From the NCBI GenBank assembly GCA_963845755.1, contig CAWJTV010000027.1, forward strand, positions 128,001 through 192,000: a stretch of DNA of 64,000 nt, given 5' to 3'. How positions within the stretch are numbered: the first letter of the stretch is position 1; every line of letters starts with the position of its first letter. Origin of the DNA: an uncultured Planctomycetota bacterium. GTDB lineage: Bacteria; Planctomycetota; Planctomycetia; Isosphaerales; Isosphaeraceae. The notes beneath the pieces were generated by a model that was not told where the DNA came from, made no database searches, and saw only the letters and a list, made by a program, of their open reading frames with translations. Positions 12,259-22,895 of this stretch are shown here, piece by piece. A program made the position numbers and the translations under genes.

Positions 12259-12682
12259 GCCACGGCCTCCCCCGTAATCTTGTGAATGGATCGCGAGACC
12301 CCGTTCGATTCTACACCAGAATCCGTGGCATACACTCTCACCCCAACCCAGCCGAGACCGTGGCGGTCGATCAATGCGGAGACGTCGGGATCCCGAGCGG
12401 GGATTCTCCGGGGAACCGGGTCTTGCGAAGGATGGCTCAAGGCGATCGATCACATCAACTGAACACGATGCGATTTCTGCCTACTTTTTGTTGCGATCAT
12501 TTCCGGAAGGCGGCAACGTGTTCGTGTGCTTGAATCGAGCGTTCAGGTCTTACTAGAATAAGGCTGCCGTCCTGGCCGCTCCGTCACCCTTCGCTGGTGC
12601 GCGGCGCGGCCCGTCGGATTGCAAGCGGGGGCGTTCCCCGTGTCATCGCTCCCACACGCCCGAAGAGAGGTCAGAGTACCGC

Positions 12683-13709
12683 ATGTCCACGGCCGGCGAC
12701 CGAATCACACAACTCCTTGACGAATTTCGACATTCGCGCGACGTCATGGTCGCCGAGCTGAGCAAGGTCATCATCGGTCAGCGCGAGGTCATCGAGCTGA
12801 TCCTGGCGGCGATCTTCACCCGGGGACACATCCTGCTGGTCGGCGTCCCGGGCCTGGCCAAGACCCTGCTGGTCAGCTCGATCGCCCGGATCCTCGACGT
12901 GAGCTTCAAGCGCATCCAGTTCACGCCCGACCTGATGCCGTCGGACATCACGGGGACCAACGTGCTGGAGGAGCCCGAAGCGGGCCGCCGGTCGTTCCGA
13001 TTCGTCGCCGGGCCGATCTTCGCCAATATCATTCTGGCCGACGAGATCAATCGAACGCCCCCCAAGACCCAGGCGGCGCTCCTCCAGGCGATGCAGGAAC
13101 GCGAGGTTACCGTCGGCCAGGAGACGATGCATCTCCCGGACCCCTTCTTCGTGATCGCGACCCAGAACCCGATCGAGCAGGAAGGGACCTACCCGCTCCC
13201 CGAAGCCCAGCTCGACCGGTTCATGTTCGACATCCGCATCGGTTATCCGACGCTGGATGAAGAGAAGAAGATTCTCCTGGCAACGACCAAGGGGGAGGTC
13301 CCCGACCTGAAGAAGGTGCTCTCGGGCAAGGCGATCGTCAACCTCCAGAAGCTCGTCACCTCGGTACCCGTCTCGGAGTACACCGTCGATTACGTGGCGC
13401 GGTTGGTCCGGGCGACCCGGCCGGCCGACGAGAAGGCCCCTCAATTCATCAAAGAGCTGGTCGATTATGGAGCCGGTCCGCGCCGGCCAGAACTTAATCC
13501 TCGGCGGCAAGGCCATGGCCGCGATGGACGGCCGATTCAGCGTCTCGCTCGACGACATTCGCAAGGTGGCGGTCCCCGTCTTGAGGCACCGGATCAGCAC
13601 GAATTTCCAGGCGCAGGCCGAAGGCCAGTCAACTGACACGCTGATCAAGCGGCTGGTCAGCGAGATCCGCGAGCCCGAGCCGCCCAAGTATGAAAGAGCG
13701 GCGCGGTAG
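12683..13709 (+). CDS. moxR: MoxR family AAA+ ATPase (frameshift ~13480)
   Basis: [62 protein letters not shown]; the C-terminal VLRHRI lies in ORF 13467..13709. Confidence 0.92.
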
Positions 13710-13750
13710 GGCGTTATGGAATTAGCGGAACCGCGCCCGATTGAAATGGA

Positions 13751-15127
13751 TCAATCGCTCACGCCGACCAGGACATATTCGCCCCGAGCCAGAGCGCGGG
13801 CCTTGCGCATCCAGGCGGCGAGCAGGTAGATCCCGGCCGCGGCCAGTCCCAGGGCCAGTCCCGCCCAGAGTCCGAAGACGCCGAACCCGCCGCTGAAAGC
13901 CAGAAGGTAGCCCATGGGTAGGCCGAGGCACCAGTGTGACACGAGGTTGCAGACCATGGGCGTGTGGGTATCGCCGGCGCCGCGCATGGCGCCGGTCGAG
14001 ACCCCTTGCAAACCGTCGAAGAGCTGGAAGGCGGCGGCGACCAGCATCAGCGAGCCGGCACTGGCGATCACGGCCGGATCGGTGGTGAACACGGAGACGA
14101 GGGCTCGGGGCATCATCGCAAACACGAGCCCGGCGCAGGCCATGAAGCCGGCCCCCAGCGCCAGTGCGGTCCAGCCGGCATGTCCGGCCGCGACCGGCTC
14201 GCCCCGTCCCAGCGCCTGCCCGACCCGCACCGCACCCGCGGTCGACAATCCCATCGGAATCATGAACGTCACGCTGGCGATGTCGAGCACCACGTGATGC
14301 GCCGCCAGGGCGACCGGGTCGAGCATCCCGGCCAGCGTCGTCGCCGCCGCGAACACGCCGACTTCCAGCGTCAGATGGACCGCCGCCGGCAGCCCCAGTC
14401 CGATGAGTCTCCCGAGCTGCACCGGACGCAGGCGCAGGGGCACCCGGATTAGCCCCGTCCGATGCCGCAGGTCGTAAACCAACGCGTAGCCGATCAGCAC
14501 GACGGCCATGTACGCTCGCGCCAGCGCGGTGGACCACCCCGACCCCACGACTCCCAGGGCGGGTGCACCCCAGTTCCCGTAGATCAGGACCCAGTCGCCC
14601 AGCGCGTCGAGCGCATTGGCGCTGATCAGGGCAAACATCACCGGCTTGGCCAGCCCCATCGCCTGCAAATATCGGCGAAACGCGAAGAATAGCAGGAGCG
14701 GCAACGTGCTCCAGATCTGCACCCGGAGGAACGGGACGGCCTGTCCTAGGACCGCCGGATGCAGGCCCACGCGATCCAGCAAGGGGATGCACGCCAGCAG
14801 CAGACCCATGACCATCGGCGCGAAGATCAGGCAGAGGTACACGCCCTGGACCAGCCACCGATGGCACTCGTCGCGACGCCCGGCGCCGAACGCCTGCGCG
14901 ACCAGGGTATCCAGACCCAGCAGCAGGCCCAGCCCGAAGACGGCCACCGTGAAATACAGCATATTGCCGATACTGACCGCCCCGATGGCCTCGGCTCCCA
15001 GCCGCCCGACGAAGATCGTGTCGACGACCCCCATCGCCATCCAGCCCAACTCGCCGGCAATCACCGGCCAGGCCAGGCTCAGCGTGGGCCGCAACTCCAT
15101 CCGGAATCCTCGCCAGATCCGTTGCAT
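13751..15127 (-). CDS. MATE family efflux transporter (NorM-like)
   Basis: LAWPVI, VDTIFVGRLG, LDTLVAQAFGA, VRVGQALG and FQLFDGLQ..GAMRGAGDT motifs; about 12 TM helices. Confidence 0.92.
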   Translation of the reverse strand: MQRIWRGFRMELRPTLSLAWPVIAGELGWMAMGVVDTIFVGRLGAEAIGAVSIGNMLYFTVAVFGLGLLLGLDTLVAQAFGAGRRDECHRWLVQGVYLCLIFAPMVMGLLLACIPLLDRVGLHPAVLGQAVPFLRVQIWSTLPLLLFFAFRRYLQAMGLAKPVMFALISANALDALGDWVLIYGNWGAPALGVVGSGWSTALARAYMAVVLIGYALVYDLRHRTGLIRVPLRLRPVQLGRLIGLGLPAAVHLTLEVGVFAAATTLAGMLDPVALAAHHVVLDIASVTFMIPMGLSTAGAVRVGQALGRGEPVAAGHAGWTALALGAGFMACAGLVFAMMPRALVSVFTTDPAVIASAGSLMLVAAAFQLFDGLQGVSTGAMRGAGDTHTPMVCNLVSHWCLGLPMGYLLAFSGGFGVFGLWAGLALGLAAAGIYLLAAWMRKARALARGEYVLVGVSD

Positions 15128-15460
15128 GGTATCTCCCGCCCCCGATTCGGAAGGCTGAAGGATGAGTCAGACCGGATTAATTCATCCTTCATCTTTTCTC
15201 CGAAGCCCTCCCTCGGACACCACCTGCCGGCTAGGAGTTCACCGCTTCGGTCCCCGCAGTCCGGGCCGACCATGTTGGACTTCGCGGACGTAGTCTGTCA
15301 ATCGACCGGAGAAGCCGCATCCGGTGTCACGGCTCGCGAGGTTCGCTTGACACCACCGGAGGCGCGGGACCAAACTCGGGGAAGGAGCCCTTCTGCCCGA
15401 AGATACCCGGCCCACTCGAGGCCGATCATCCGCCAGGCTCGAGCCGCGAGGCCCGCGATC

Positions 15461-15996
15461 ATGACGACCCCGCAGACGCCGCAACCGCCCTTCGAGCCCG
15501 AGTCGCCCGCCGGCACCGAGACCGATCCGCGTTTCCCGTCCGGACCCTGGCCGGGTTCTTCCTCATGGCTGCTCTGCCGGGCCGCCATCAGATGGAGCTA
15601 CACCTCAGCTTCTGCCGGGGGGTCATGACGGGCGAGGGCCGCGACTGGGTCGGTTCGTTTCTGATTCGCGGCCAGTACAAACTCGACAGCGGCAAGTGCC
15701 ACTGGACTAAACGCTATATCGGCAAGCACGACGTCGCCTATCAAGGCTACAACGAGGGAAAGGGTATCTGGGGCCTCTGGGAGATCCCGCCGTTCTCGCG
15801 GGGCGGATTCCACATCTGGCCGGAGGCGATGGGTGACCCCACGTCCCCCCACCTTGCCGAGGCCATCGATACCCCGGTTGAAGCCCCCGACGACCCGGAT
15901 CCCGTACCCGAAGCCGAGGTCGGCGTCGGTGTCGCCGAACCCGAACCGGTCGGCGCATCGGCCGATATCGATTCGCTGTTGGTCATTGGTCATTAA
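15461..15996 (+). CDS. Hypothetical protein (frameshift ~15552)
   Basis: The ATG 15461 frame gives ETDPRFPSGPW, continuing as GFFL..GRHQMELHL..GEGRDWVG..WTKRYIGKHDV.Y.GYNEGKGIWG.W in ORF 15565..15996. Confidence 0.7.
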
Positions 15997-16170
15997 CCAT
16001 GGGAGAGGAGACCGACAACCGCCAGTCGTCGCTACTCCAGAAGGATTCCGGACTCGAGATTCCGGATTCCGGAATCATCCCTATGATGCAATCTCGAATG
16101 TGAGTTGAGAATTTCCCAGACGCGCGCACGGCGCAGAGATTCGACCGAAAAGGAGTCTACTGACCAATGG

Positions 16171-17466
16171 CTACGGGCTACTCACCGCCCTGAGCCGGTG
16201 ATAGTTGGCCAGGCCGACATTGCCCTGCTTCTCATAGTAATCGGCGAGCAATTGATTGGTTGGGGCATGATTCGGGTCCACTCGGAGGATTTCCGTGGCC
16301 CACTTCAGCCCCTCGTGCTGATGTCCGTGGACGAACATCCACAGGGCGACCTGGTAACGCGCGTCGCGATCATTGGGATTGTTGAGGAGCTTGTTGCGGA
16401 GTTGCAGGATGTCCTCCTGCTCGTTGCGGAGCCGCGCCGCGACCTGGTCCTCCGTCCGGGCCCGCGCCTCATCGCCCGAAAGCTTCAGGGCCTGGGCGTA
16501 GGAATAGCGGATCTCGTAGTCGTAGGGGGCGACCTGGGTGAGGAGTTCGAGGCGGCGGCCCGCTTGGCGGAAACGTCTGAGCCGCATGTCGGTCTGGGCC
16601 ATTTCCTTGAGCGCATCGGGCTGACGGGGATCGAGACGGAGGGCTTCCTCGAAGTAGTGCGTGGCCCCGTCGAGATCGTCGTTCTGGAAGGCATTGCGCC
16701 CCAGTCCGACCAGGGCCGAGGCATCGCCGGGCTTCCGCGCGAGGTAGGCGCGGAACTGCTGTTCGGCCTCGTCGAATCGGCGCATCTTGGTGAGCTGCTC
16801 GGCCAGTCCGAGACGGGCCTTGTCGAGGTCGGGGTCCCGCTCCAGCGCCGCCTGATAGTTCCGGACCTGGATCTCGGGCTCGGCCGCCGACCGCGAGGCG
16901 ACCTCATTGCTCGCCAGGTAGGGCTGGGGATCCTCGGCGCGCAGGGTCCGCCAGCGCTCGATCGGTTCGGCGGCCTGGGAAAGCCGGTAGGTGGCCAGGT
17001 AGATCCGCGCCAGCTCCCGGGCCACCTCGGTCCGGGGCTCCCGGTTGCGGTCGAACGCGTCCCGCAGGAGCGGCTCGGCCTCGCTGATATGGCCGGCTCG
17101 GGCCTGGCAAACCCCGGTCAGCGGTCTCAACACATCGGGATCGAAACCGAGCCGCGATGCCCGATCGAGGCCCTCGATCGCTTCCTCGGGGTGCTGGTCG
17201 ACCAGGGCTATCCATGCCCGGTAGTATTGGGCCTCTCCCGAGCGCGGCTGTTTTCGGATCCAACGCTGTATCAGGCCCCGCGCTTGGTCGTATCGTCGCG
17301 CGGCGAGCAATCCCCGGACTGACCTGGCCAGGCGGAAGACCTGATACTGATCGTATGCGAAGGACGCACCGGCCACCACGAGCACCAAGATCAGCCCCGC
17401 CACGATTCGCGGGTGGCGGCCGACAAGTGACGAGGGGCGGCTGGGCGGGTTGTCAGCTCGTTGCAT
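16171..17466 (-). CDS. Tetratricopeptide repeat protein with N-terminal membrane anchor
   Basis: Repeated TPR-like helices (ALERDPDLDKARLGLA, ALRLDPRQPDAL, LRVDPNHAPTNQLLADYY). Confidence 0.85.
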   Translation of the reverse strand: MQRADNPPSRPSSLVGRHPRIVAGLILVLVVAGASFAYDQYQVFRLARSVRGLLAARRYDQARGLIQRWIRKQPRSGEAQYYRAWIALVDQHPEEAIEGLDRASRLGFDPDVLRPLTGVCQARAGHISEAEPLLRDAFDRNREPRTEVARELARIYLATYRLSQAAEPIERWRTLRAEDPQPYLASNEVASRSAAEPEIQVRNYQAALERDPDLDKARLGLAEQLTKMRRFDEAEQQFRAYLARKPGDASALVGLGRNAFQNDDLDGATHYFEEALRLDPRQPDALKEMAQTDMRLRRFRQAGRRLELLTQVAPYDYEIRYSYAQALKLSGDEARARTEDQVAARLRNEQEDILQLRNKLLNNPNDRDARYQVALWMFVHGHQHEGLKWATEILRVDPNHAPTNQLLADYYEKQGNVGLANYHRLRAVSSP

Positions 17467-17705
17467 CGGTTCCGGCGCGAGGCGCGTCTCGATAATCGGT
17501 TGGCAGGCCATGACCTGACCCGCAGGCGCACCTTCCACAATACCCGCTTGCCGCGCGAGATGGCTATCCGCTGGAGCCGATCCTGGACCCTGGGCCTGAG
17601 GCGGGAGTCAACATCGATGGCCGGGTTGACCGGGCCGATCCGGCTCGGATCGGCTTGATTCCGCCCCGGCCCGAGCGGAAGTCCCGCGGTGGTTCCGGAG
17701 CCGCC

Positions 17706-18797
17706 TCAATCGGGACAGTGACGGCGATCCGGGTCCCCCCTCCCCAGCTCATGTCCCGGATCGTCGTGAGGGGACAACGAGGTCCGAGGGGCACCCGGGA
17801 CTTTCATCTTCGAGACGGCGCGCGACGAGAACCGCATGGGGAGTAACGCTTGAAGGTCGGAGAATCCCCCACCCGTAGTGAGCACGGCCATACATGTACC
17901 GAAGACCACTGAGAAAGAGAGGACGAAGAAGATCAAGACGACCGAGCCGAACCGGGCGACTCTGGGAAATCGGCGACTGGGCTCGCGGATTGTCTCGGCC
18001 GGCTCCGGCGGCTCGACGCCCAGGGATTCCGGATCCGACGGGGGCGACGGATCGGGGGGGGCCCCGAGCGAGCCGGGGGGGACCGCCAATCGCACCGTCT
18101 TCCAGACCAGGTCGACCGGGACGACTTCGGCGAAGACCCGCCCGCGCGCGACGGCCGTCAGCAGGAAGGCCGCCGAGAGGGCCAGTCCGCGCTTGGTCAA
18201 CCGCGACCGGAGCAGGTCGCGCGCCCGCGACAACCGTCCCTTGACCGTCCCCACCGGCCAGTGCAACAGCTCCGCGACTTCCTCGTTCGTTTTGCCCTCG
18301 AGATAGCTCAGGATCACCGGGATCCGGTACTTCTCCGGTAGCCGATCGATCTCTTCATGCAGGACCGGCCGCAGCTCGTTCCAGGCCGCATGCTCGTCTT
18401 GGTCGTCCGGTTCATTCTCCGGCAGTACCATGGCCATCCCTTGTCTTTCGAGCACCTGGCGACGGACCGTGCTGGCGCGCAACTTGATGGCGATGCGATA
18501 GGCGACCTCGTGGAGCCAACCGGAAAGGACCCGGCGATCTCGGATGGAAGCCCCCTTCCGTGCCAGCACCAGGAAGGTGGCCTGGAACGCGTCCTCGGCG
18601 TCCTGGACCTGATTGAGCACGTGCCGGCAGATCCCCAGCACCATCGGCCCGTGGCGCACCACCAGCGTCCGAAACGCCTCCTGGGAATCGGGCTCCTCAC
18701 CGCTGAGGAATTGCTCCAGCAACTCCTCGTCCGAGAACTCCAAGGTACCCGACGAACCTTCGTGTCTTATCAGCCTCTTCGCCAGCGAACTTGCCAT
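17706..18797 (-). CDS. ECF sigma-70 factor with C-terminal extension including a TM segment
   Basis: Region 2 (LVVRHGPMVLGICR..DAEDAFQATFLVL) and region 4 (LP.KYR..YLEG.TNEEVA..L..PVGTVKGRLSRAR); hydrophobic helix near the C-terminus. Confidence 0.9.
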   Translation of the reverse strand: MASSLAKRLIRHEGSSGTLEFSDEELLEQFLSGEEPDSQEAFRTLVVRHGPMVLGICRHVLNQVQDAEDAFQATFLVLARKGASIRDRRVLSGWLHEVAYRIAIKLRASTVRRQVLERQGMAMVLPENEPDDQDEHAAWNELRPVLHEEIDRLPEKYRIPVILSYLEGKTNEEVAELLHWPVGTVKGRLSRARDLLRSRLTKRGLALSAAFLLTAVARGRVFAEVVPVDLVWKTVRLAVPPGSLGAPPDPSPPSDPESLGVEPPEPAETIREPSRRFPRVARFGSVVLIFFVLSFSVVFGTCMAVLTTGGGFSDLQALLPMRFSSRAVSKMKVPGAPRTSLSPHDDPGHELGRGDPDRRHCPD

Positions 18798-19902
18798 GTT
18801 GGCGGCTCCTCGTATCCTCACCAGTTTATCGTATCTCGACTCAAATGTCCGGTTACAACATCCCGAACGATTCGAGGTTCTCCTGGTTCCGGACGCTCTG
18901 CTCTGTGAGGAAGACAGCTTGACGGATTCGATGTGTCGATTGGGTGTCCCGGATCTTCAGGGAAGGGACTGCGGCTCTCCGACCAGTCATGAGTGAAATT
19001 AGGTGCGCCGGGACTACCGATTCGGGTCGGCCTGGAGGTCCTTCAAGGGGCGTAGCCCCGTCCGAGCCGCCGTGGGGGGATTGTCGGACATCCACGGCGT
19101 GAAAGCTTGTTGCTCGGACGGGGCTTCGTCCCCTGCGGAGAAATCGCAGCGCCCGGCTGAGATCAGAGCGGTTTTCCCGCGAAAAAGCGGGGTTTCGTCC
19201 GGGCCTCTTCCCGGCGTATTCCGGCTTGGCCCGACTCACGCTCTCGCGCTGGGATCAGTTTTCCCCACGTGAGGTCTCGATCGGTTGTCCTGGAGGTGGA
19301 GGGCACAGTTACGACCCGCCCCTCGGCAATCGAAGCTGCTCCGGTTCCCGGGATGGCGCATCGTATCGGTACTGGGCACGACTCTCTCACCAGTCGCGCC
19401 GGTTGCCTCGACTTTTCATCGAGGATGTGGATCTCGTCCTCGACGGCCATCACGGTGGTAGGTCCTGGCTGAGATTCCGGGCAGGGCCATACGCTCGCGC
19501 CATGGGACGCAACGTCGTAAACCTGGATTGCAAAATCCTCCTCAATAAAAGAGTGGGCGACTCGACGAATGGTTACAGAAACCCGAAAAAAAAAGTGCCC
19601 ACGAGCGAGATTGGTGAGTTTTCGGACGATTGCCGCGGCGTTCGACTCCCACGGGATTTTATCCTAACCCGATGAAACGGCGAAGGATCCGTCAGTCATC
19701 GCCCTGGCGGGCGCGCCGGGTTAATCCGAGGTTCCTGATGGCACTTCCCCATCCAGGCTCATTGAGCCAAGAAAACAACGCGACGGCAACGCATCGGGGA
19801 TCGGTGGTGGCCAGACGCTGCAGATTGCCCTGAATCCCCCCTTTCTACAGACCCGTGGAGGCGAGGATGGTTCGATAACTTCGCGACCGTCCGCAACCGG
19901 CG

Positions 19903-21894
19903 TCAAAGAGGGGTCTTGACGAATTCTGGGGTCTCGACGACGCGGGGGCAGTTGGGCAGGGAGTTGAGGAAGGTGCGGCCGTAGGGCTTGGTGAGGACGC
20001 GGGGGTCGAGGATCACGACGATGCCCCGGTCGGTCTTGGTGCGGATCAGCCGGCCGAATCCCTGCTTGAGTTTGATGACGGCTTCGGGGACTTGATATTC
20101 GAAGAACGGGCTGCCGCCGCGGCGGCGGATCTCCTCGAGCCGGGCTTCCAGGAGGGGATGGCTCGGGACGGAGAACGGCAGCCGGGTAATGATGACGTTC
20201 GAGAGCGCCTCGCCGGGCACGTCCACTCCCTGCCAGAAGCTGTCGGCCCCGAAGATGACGCTGTTGACGTCGGCCTTGAAGGCGTCGACCATCTTCGAGC
20301 GGGGCATGCCTTCGCCCTGGGCGAAGACGGCGATGTTGCGCCGGGCCAGCCAGGGGGTCAGTGCGCGCGAGGCGGCCTCGAGCATCTTGTACGAGGTGAA
20401 CAGGACGAACGCCTTGCCCTGGGTCCGCTCGAGATAATGCGCGATGGCCCCGATGGCGTCCTTTTCGAACTGGCCGGGCTGATCGGACGGGTCCGAGAGG
20501 TTGGTAGGGAGATGGACGGTCACCTGCTGGGCGTAGTCGAAGGGGCTGCCCAGAGCGAGGGTCTCGGCGGCGGTCAGACCGATCCGGGCGCGGATGAAGT
20601 CGAAGCGTGGCGGCGAGCCGACGCAGAGCGTGGCCGAGGTCAGCACGCAGGTGGGGACCTCGGTGAACAGCAGGTTGCGCAGAGCGGGGCCGACGTCCAG
20701 GGGCGCCGCGGCCAGCCGGATCCGCCGTCGGGTGCGGTTCTCCATCTCGACCCAGTAGACGGCACCTTCGGCCGACTGCCGCATCCAGTGGGCGATCTGA
20801 TCGGCCAGCGACCGGCACCGGTCCTCGGCGGCGATCAACTCGATCTTGTCCTCGGGCTTCTCGATCCCGAGCCTTCGAGTGCCCTGATCGATGGCGGTCG
20901 CCAGCCGGCGCAGCTCCTCGCAGAGGAACTCGCTCCAGCCGGGCGGCTGGCGGACCCGGCCGTTGAAGCCGGCGGGCTGGCGTTGGTACCAGTCGGCGAT
21001 CCGATCGAAGAAGTCCTCGGCCGCCGTCCGGGTCCGCTGCACCTGCTGCATCGCCCCGTCGAGCTTGTGGCTGGCCAGCAGGCCCTTGCGCGACTTCTCG
21101 CTGAAAAGCCGCGCGAGAATGTAATCGATCCCCAGGTTGGTAAGCTGCAAGCCCAGGTGCTCGCCCGCGACGGCCTCCAGCGTATGGGCCTCGTCGAGCA
21201 CGGCCACGTCGTAGTCTGGCAACAGCCCGTGGCCCTCCCCCCGCAGCGCCAGGTCGGCGACGAACAGCGCATGATTGACCACCAGCACGTTGGCCGAGCG
21301 CATCCGCCGCCGGGCCTTGTAGAAGAAACATTCGCTATGTCGGGGGCACTCGCGGCCCAGGCAGTTGCCGTCCTCGCTCTGCACGGCCTCCCAGACGCTG
21401 GGCATCGGCCGGAAGTCGAGGTCGGAGCGGCTGCCGTCGGTCGTCCGGCCCGCCCACATCCGGATCGTCGCGAGCTGGTCGACCTCCTCGGGCCGCTGGA
21501 ACAGGGTATCCTGGCGCTGGACGGCCACATCCAGCCGTCGCAGGCTGATGTAGTTCGATCGCCCCTTGACCAGGACCGCCGTGAACTCCTCCGGCATCAC
21601 CGCGCGGAGGAACGGGATGTCCTTCTGGAGCAACTGCTCCTGGAGCGCGATCGTATGCGTCGAGACGACGATCTTCTTCTTGGGGTCGGCCGTCGCCTGG
21701 ATGGCCGGGACCAGGTAGGCGAAGCTCTTGCCCACGCCCGTCCCCGCCTCGACGATCAGGTGGCCGGGCTTCTCGATGGCGCGCGCGACCGCCTGGGCCA
21801 TCGCGAGCTGCTCCCGGCGGTGCTCGTAGCTGGGCAGCCGCCGCGCAATGGCGCCCCCGGGGCCAAGGATCGAGACCGGGTCCAGATGTGCCAT
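19903..21894 (-). CDS. DinG/YoaA family ATP-dependent DNA helicase
   Basis: EAGTGVGKS, KGRSNY, Fe-S-type Cys cluster, VVNHAL, DEAH, LTSATL, FWQGVDVPG and QGFGRLIR motifs. Confidence 0.93.
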   Translation of the reverse strand: MAHLDPVSILGPGGAIARRLPSYEHRREQLAMAQAVARAIEKPGHLIVEAGTGVGKSFAYLVPAIQATADPKKKIVVSTHTIALQEQLLQKDIPFLRAVMPEEFTAVLVKGRSNYISLRRLDVAVQRQDTLFQRPEEVDQLATIRMWAGRTTDGSRSDLDFRPMPSVWEAVQSEDGNCLGRECPRHSECFFYKARRRMRSANVLVVNHALFVADLALRGEGHGLLPDYDVAVLDEAHTLEAVAGEHLGLQLTNLGIDYILARLFSEKSRKGLLASHKLDGAMQQVQRTRTAAEDFFDRIADWYQRQPAGFNGRVRQPPGWSEFLCEELRRLATAIDQGTRRLGIEKPEDKIELIAAEDRCRSLADQIAHWMRQSAEGAVYWVEMENRTRRRIRLAAAPLDVGPALRNLLFTEVPTCVLTSATLCVGSPPRFDFIRARIGLTAAETLALGSPFDYAQQVTVHLPTNLSDPSDQPGQFEKDAIGAIAHYLERTQGKAFVLFTSYKMLEAASRALTPWLARRNIAVFAQGEGMPRSKMVDAFKADVNSVIFGADSFWQGVDVPGEALSNVIITRLPFSVPSHPLLEARLEEIRRRGGSPFFEYQVPEAVIKLKQGFGRLIRTKTDRGIVVILDPRVLTKPYGRTFLNSLPNCPRVVETPEFVKTPL

Positions 21895-21952
21895 GTCGCT
21901 CTCGGAGGGTCCGCCGCAATCGTCATAACAAGGAATTGATAAGAATCATCGA

Positions 21953-22390
21953 TCAAGTCCGGGTTGCTGCTCGGTATTTGGCGATCGCGGCGGCCGCGGA
22001 GGTTTTTCTCGCCGAGTCCGCGGCGAAGTCATCCAGGTGTTCGATGGCCTGCCGGGCTTTTTCGGCGGCGGATCGGGCATTTGAGAGTTTCTCCACTCGG
22101 GTAGCACTCATGTCGTAGTCTGCGCGGTTTCTCTCGTTGCGCATGTCATCGATTGATCTGCCAACATTGTCGAGCACGGCATCTCCACTTTGCTGAAGGT
22201 AGATCACCAGCTTCTTGTGCTTACTATCCCCTTTGCCCGGAGAATGTCCGATCGAGGTGAGAATATCCGCCGCGACGTTCAGCGCAGCAAAGTAGGCCCG
22301 GCTGATCGCCGAGCGATACGCGGCCGGCCCGGTCGCAGGTCGTCTCACGACGATATCGATGGCGACCTGATTGAAATCACGGGGATCCAT
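21953..22390 (-). CDS. HEPN domain protein
   Basis: SAISRAYFAA..., H.KL, and RNRADY motifs typical of the HEPN family. Confidence 0.75.
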   Translation of the reverse strand: MDPRDFNQVAIDIVVRRPATGPAAYRSAISRAYFAALNVAADILTSIGHSPGKGDSKHKKLVIYLQQSGDAVLDNVGRSIDDMRNERNRADYDMSATRVEKLSNARSAAEKARQAIEHLDDFAADSARKTSAAAAIAKYRAATRT

Positions 22391-22405
22391 GAGGATTCGC
22401 ACCCG

Positions 22406-22726
22406 TTAGATGATGTCGGTGGCGAGGCGGATCAACCGGACCTCCGGCAATTTGGCGAATTGCGTCCAGGCTCCGCCATAATGCCAATCTGCCGCCACGC
22501 ATTCCGAGACACTGCCTTGAATCTGAATCTCGAGGACGAGGTACTCCTCGCCATTGTCGGGATCCTGCTCAAACACGACGACGGGTTTCCCCACGATCGT
22601 GAAATACTCTCGCGCCAATTCCAGGGCTTTGGCCAGATGGTCGAAGAGGGCATGACGTTCGCAGAACTCGCGGACTTCGTCGGTGAGCGGCGGCATCTCG
22701 ACGGCCAGAACGGGATTCGGCAACAT
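22406..22726 (-). CDS. Small acidic hypothetical protein, probable partner of the HEPN gene
   Basis: 106 aa, ends 15 bp upstream of the HEPN gene, AAGGAG RBS. Confidence 0.65.
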   Translation of the reverse strand: MLPNPVLAVEMPPLTDEVREFCERHALFDHLAKALELAREYFTIVGKPVVVFEQDPDNGEEYLVLEIQIQGSVSECVAADWHYGGAWTQFAKLPEVRLIRLATDII

Positions 22727-22895
22727 GGTGTACTCCTTACAAGGTTCGTGGGCGAAACCATGAGTCGGAAACTTGGCGGCCCGCCAGCATGATGTCCAGC
22801 ATGGATTTCCGCCGTCAGTGTCGCGCAGGGATTGCCGGTCGCCCTCCGGGCCGACCGCGTTATTGTAACACAGGAAACTGCGGCCGCGCCCCTGC

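Noticed and set aside
16044..16078. Short GATTCCG repeats, and TTGGTCA repeats at ~15979
   Set aside because: Only two to three degenerate heptamer copies, too weak to assign.
19903..22726. DinG plus HEPN as a type IV CRISPR or defence system
   Set aside because: The helicase looks like housekeeping YoaA/DinG; there are no csf/cas genes and no array.
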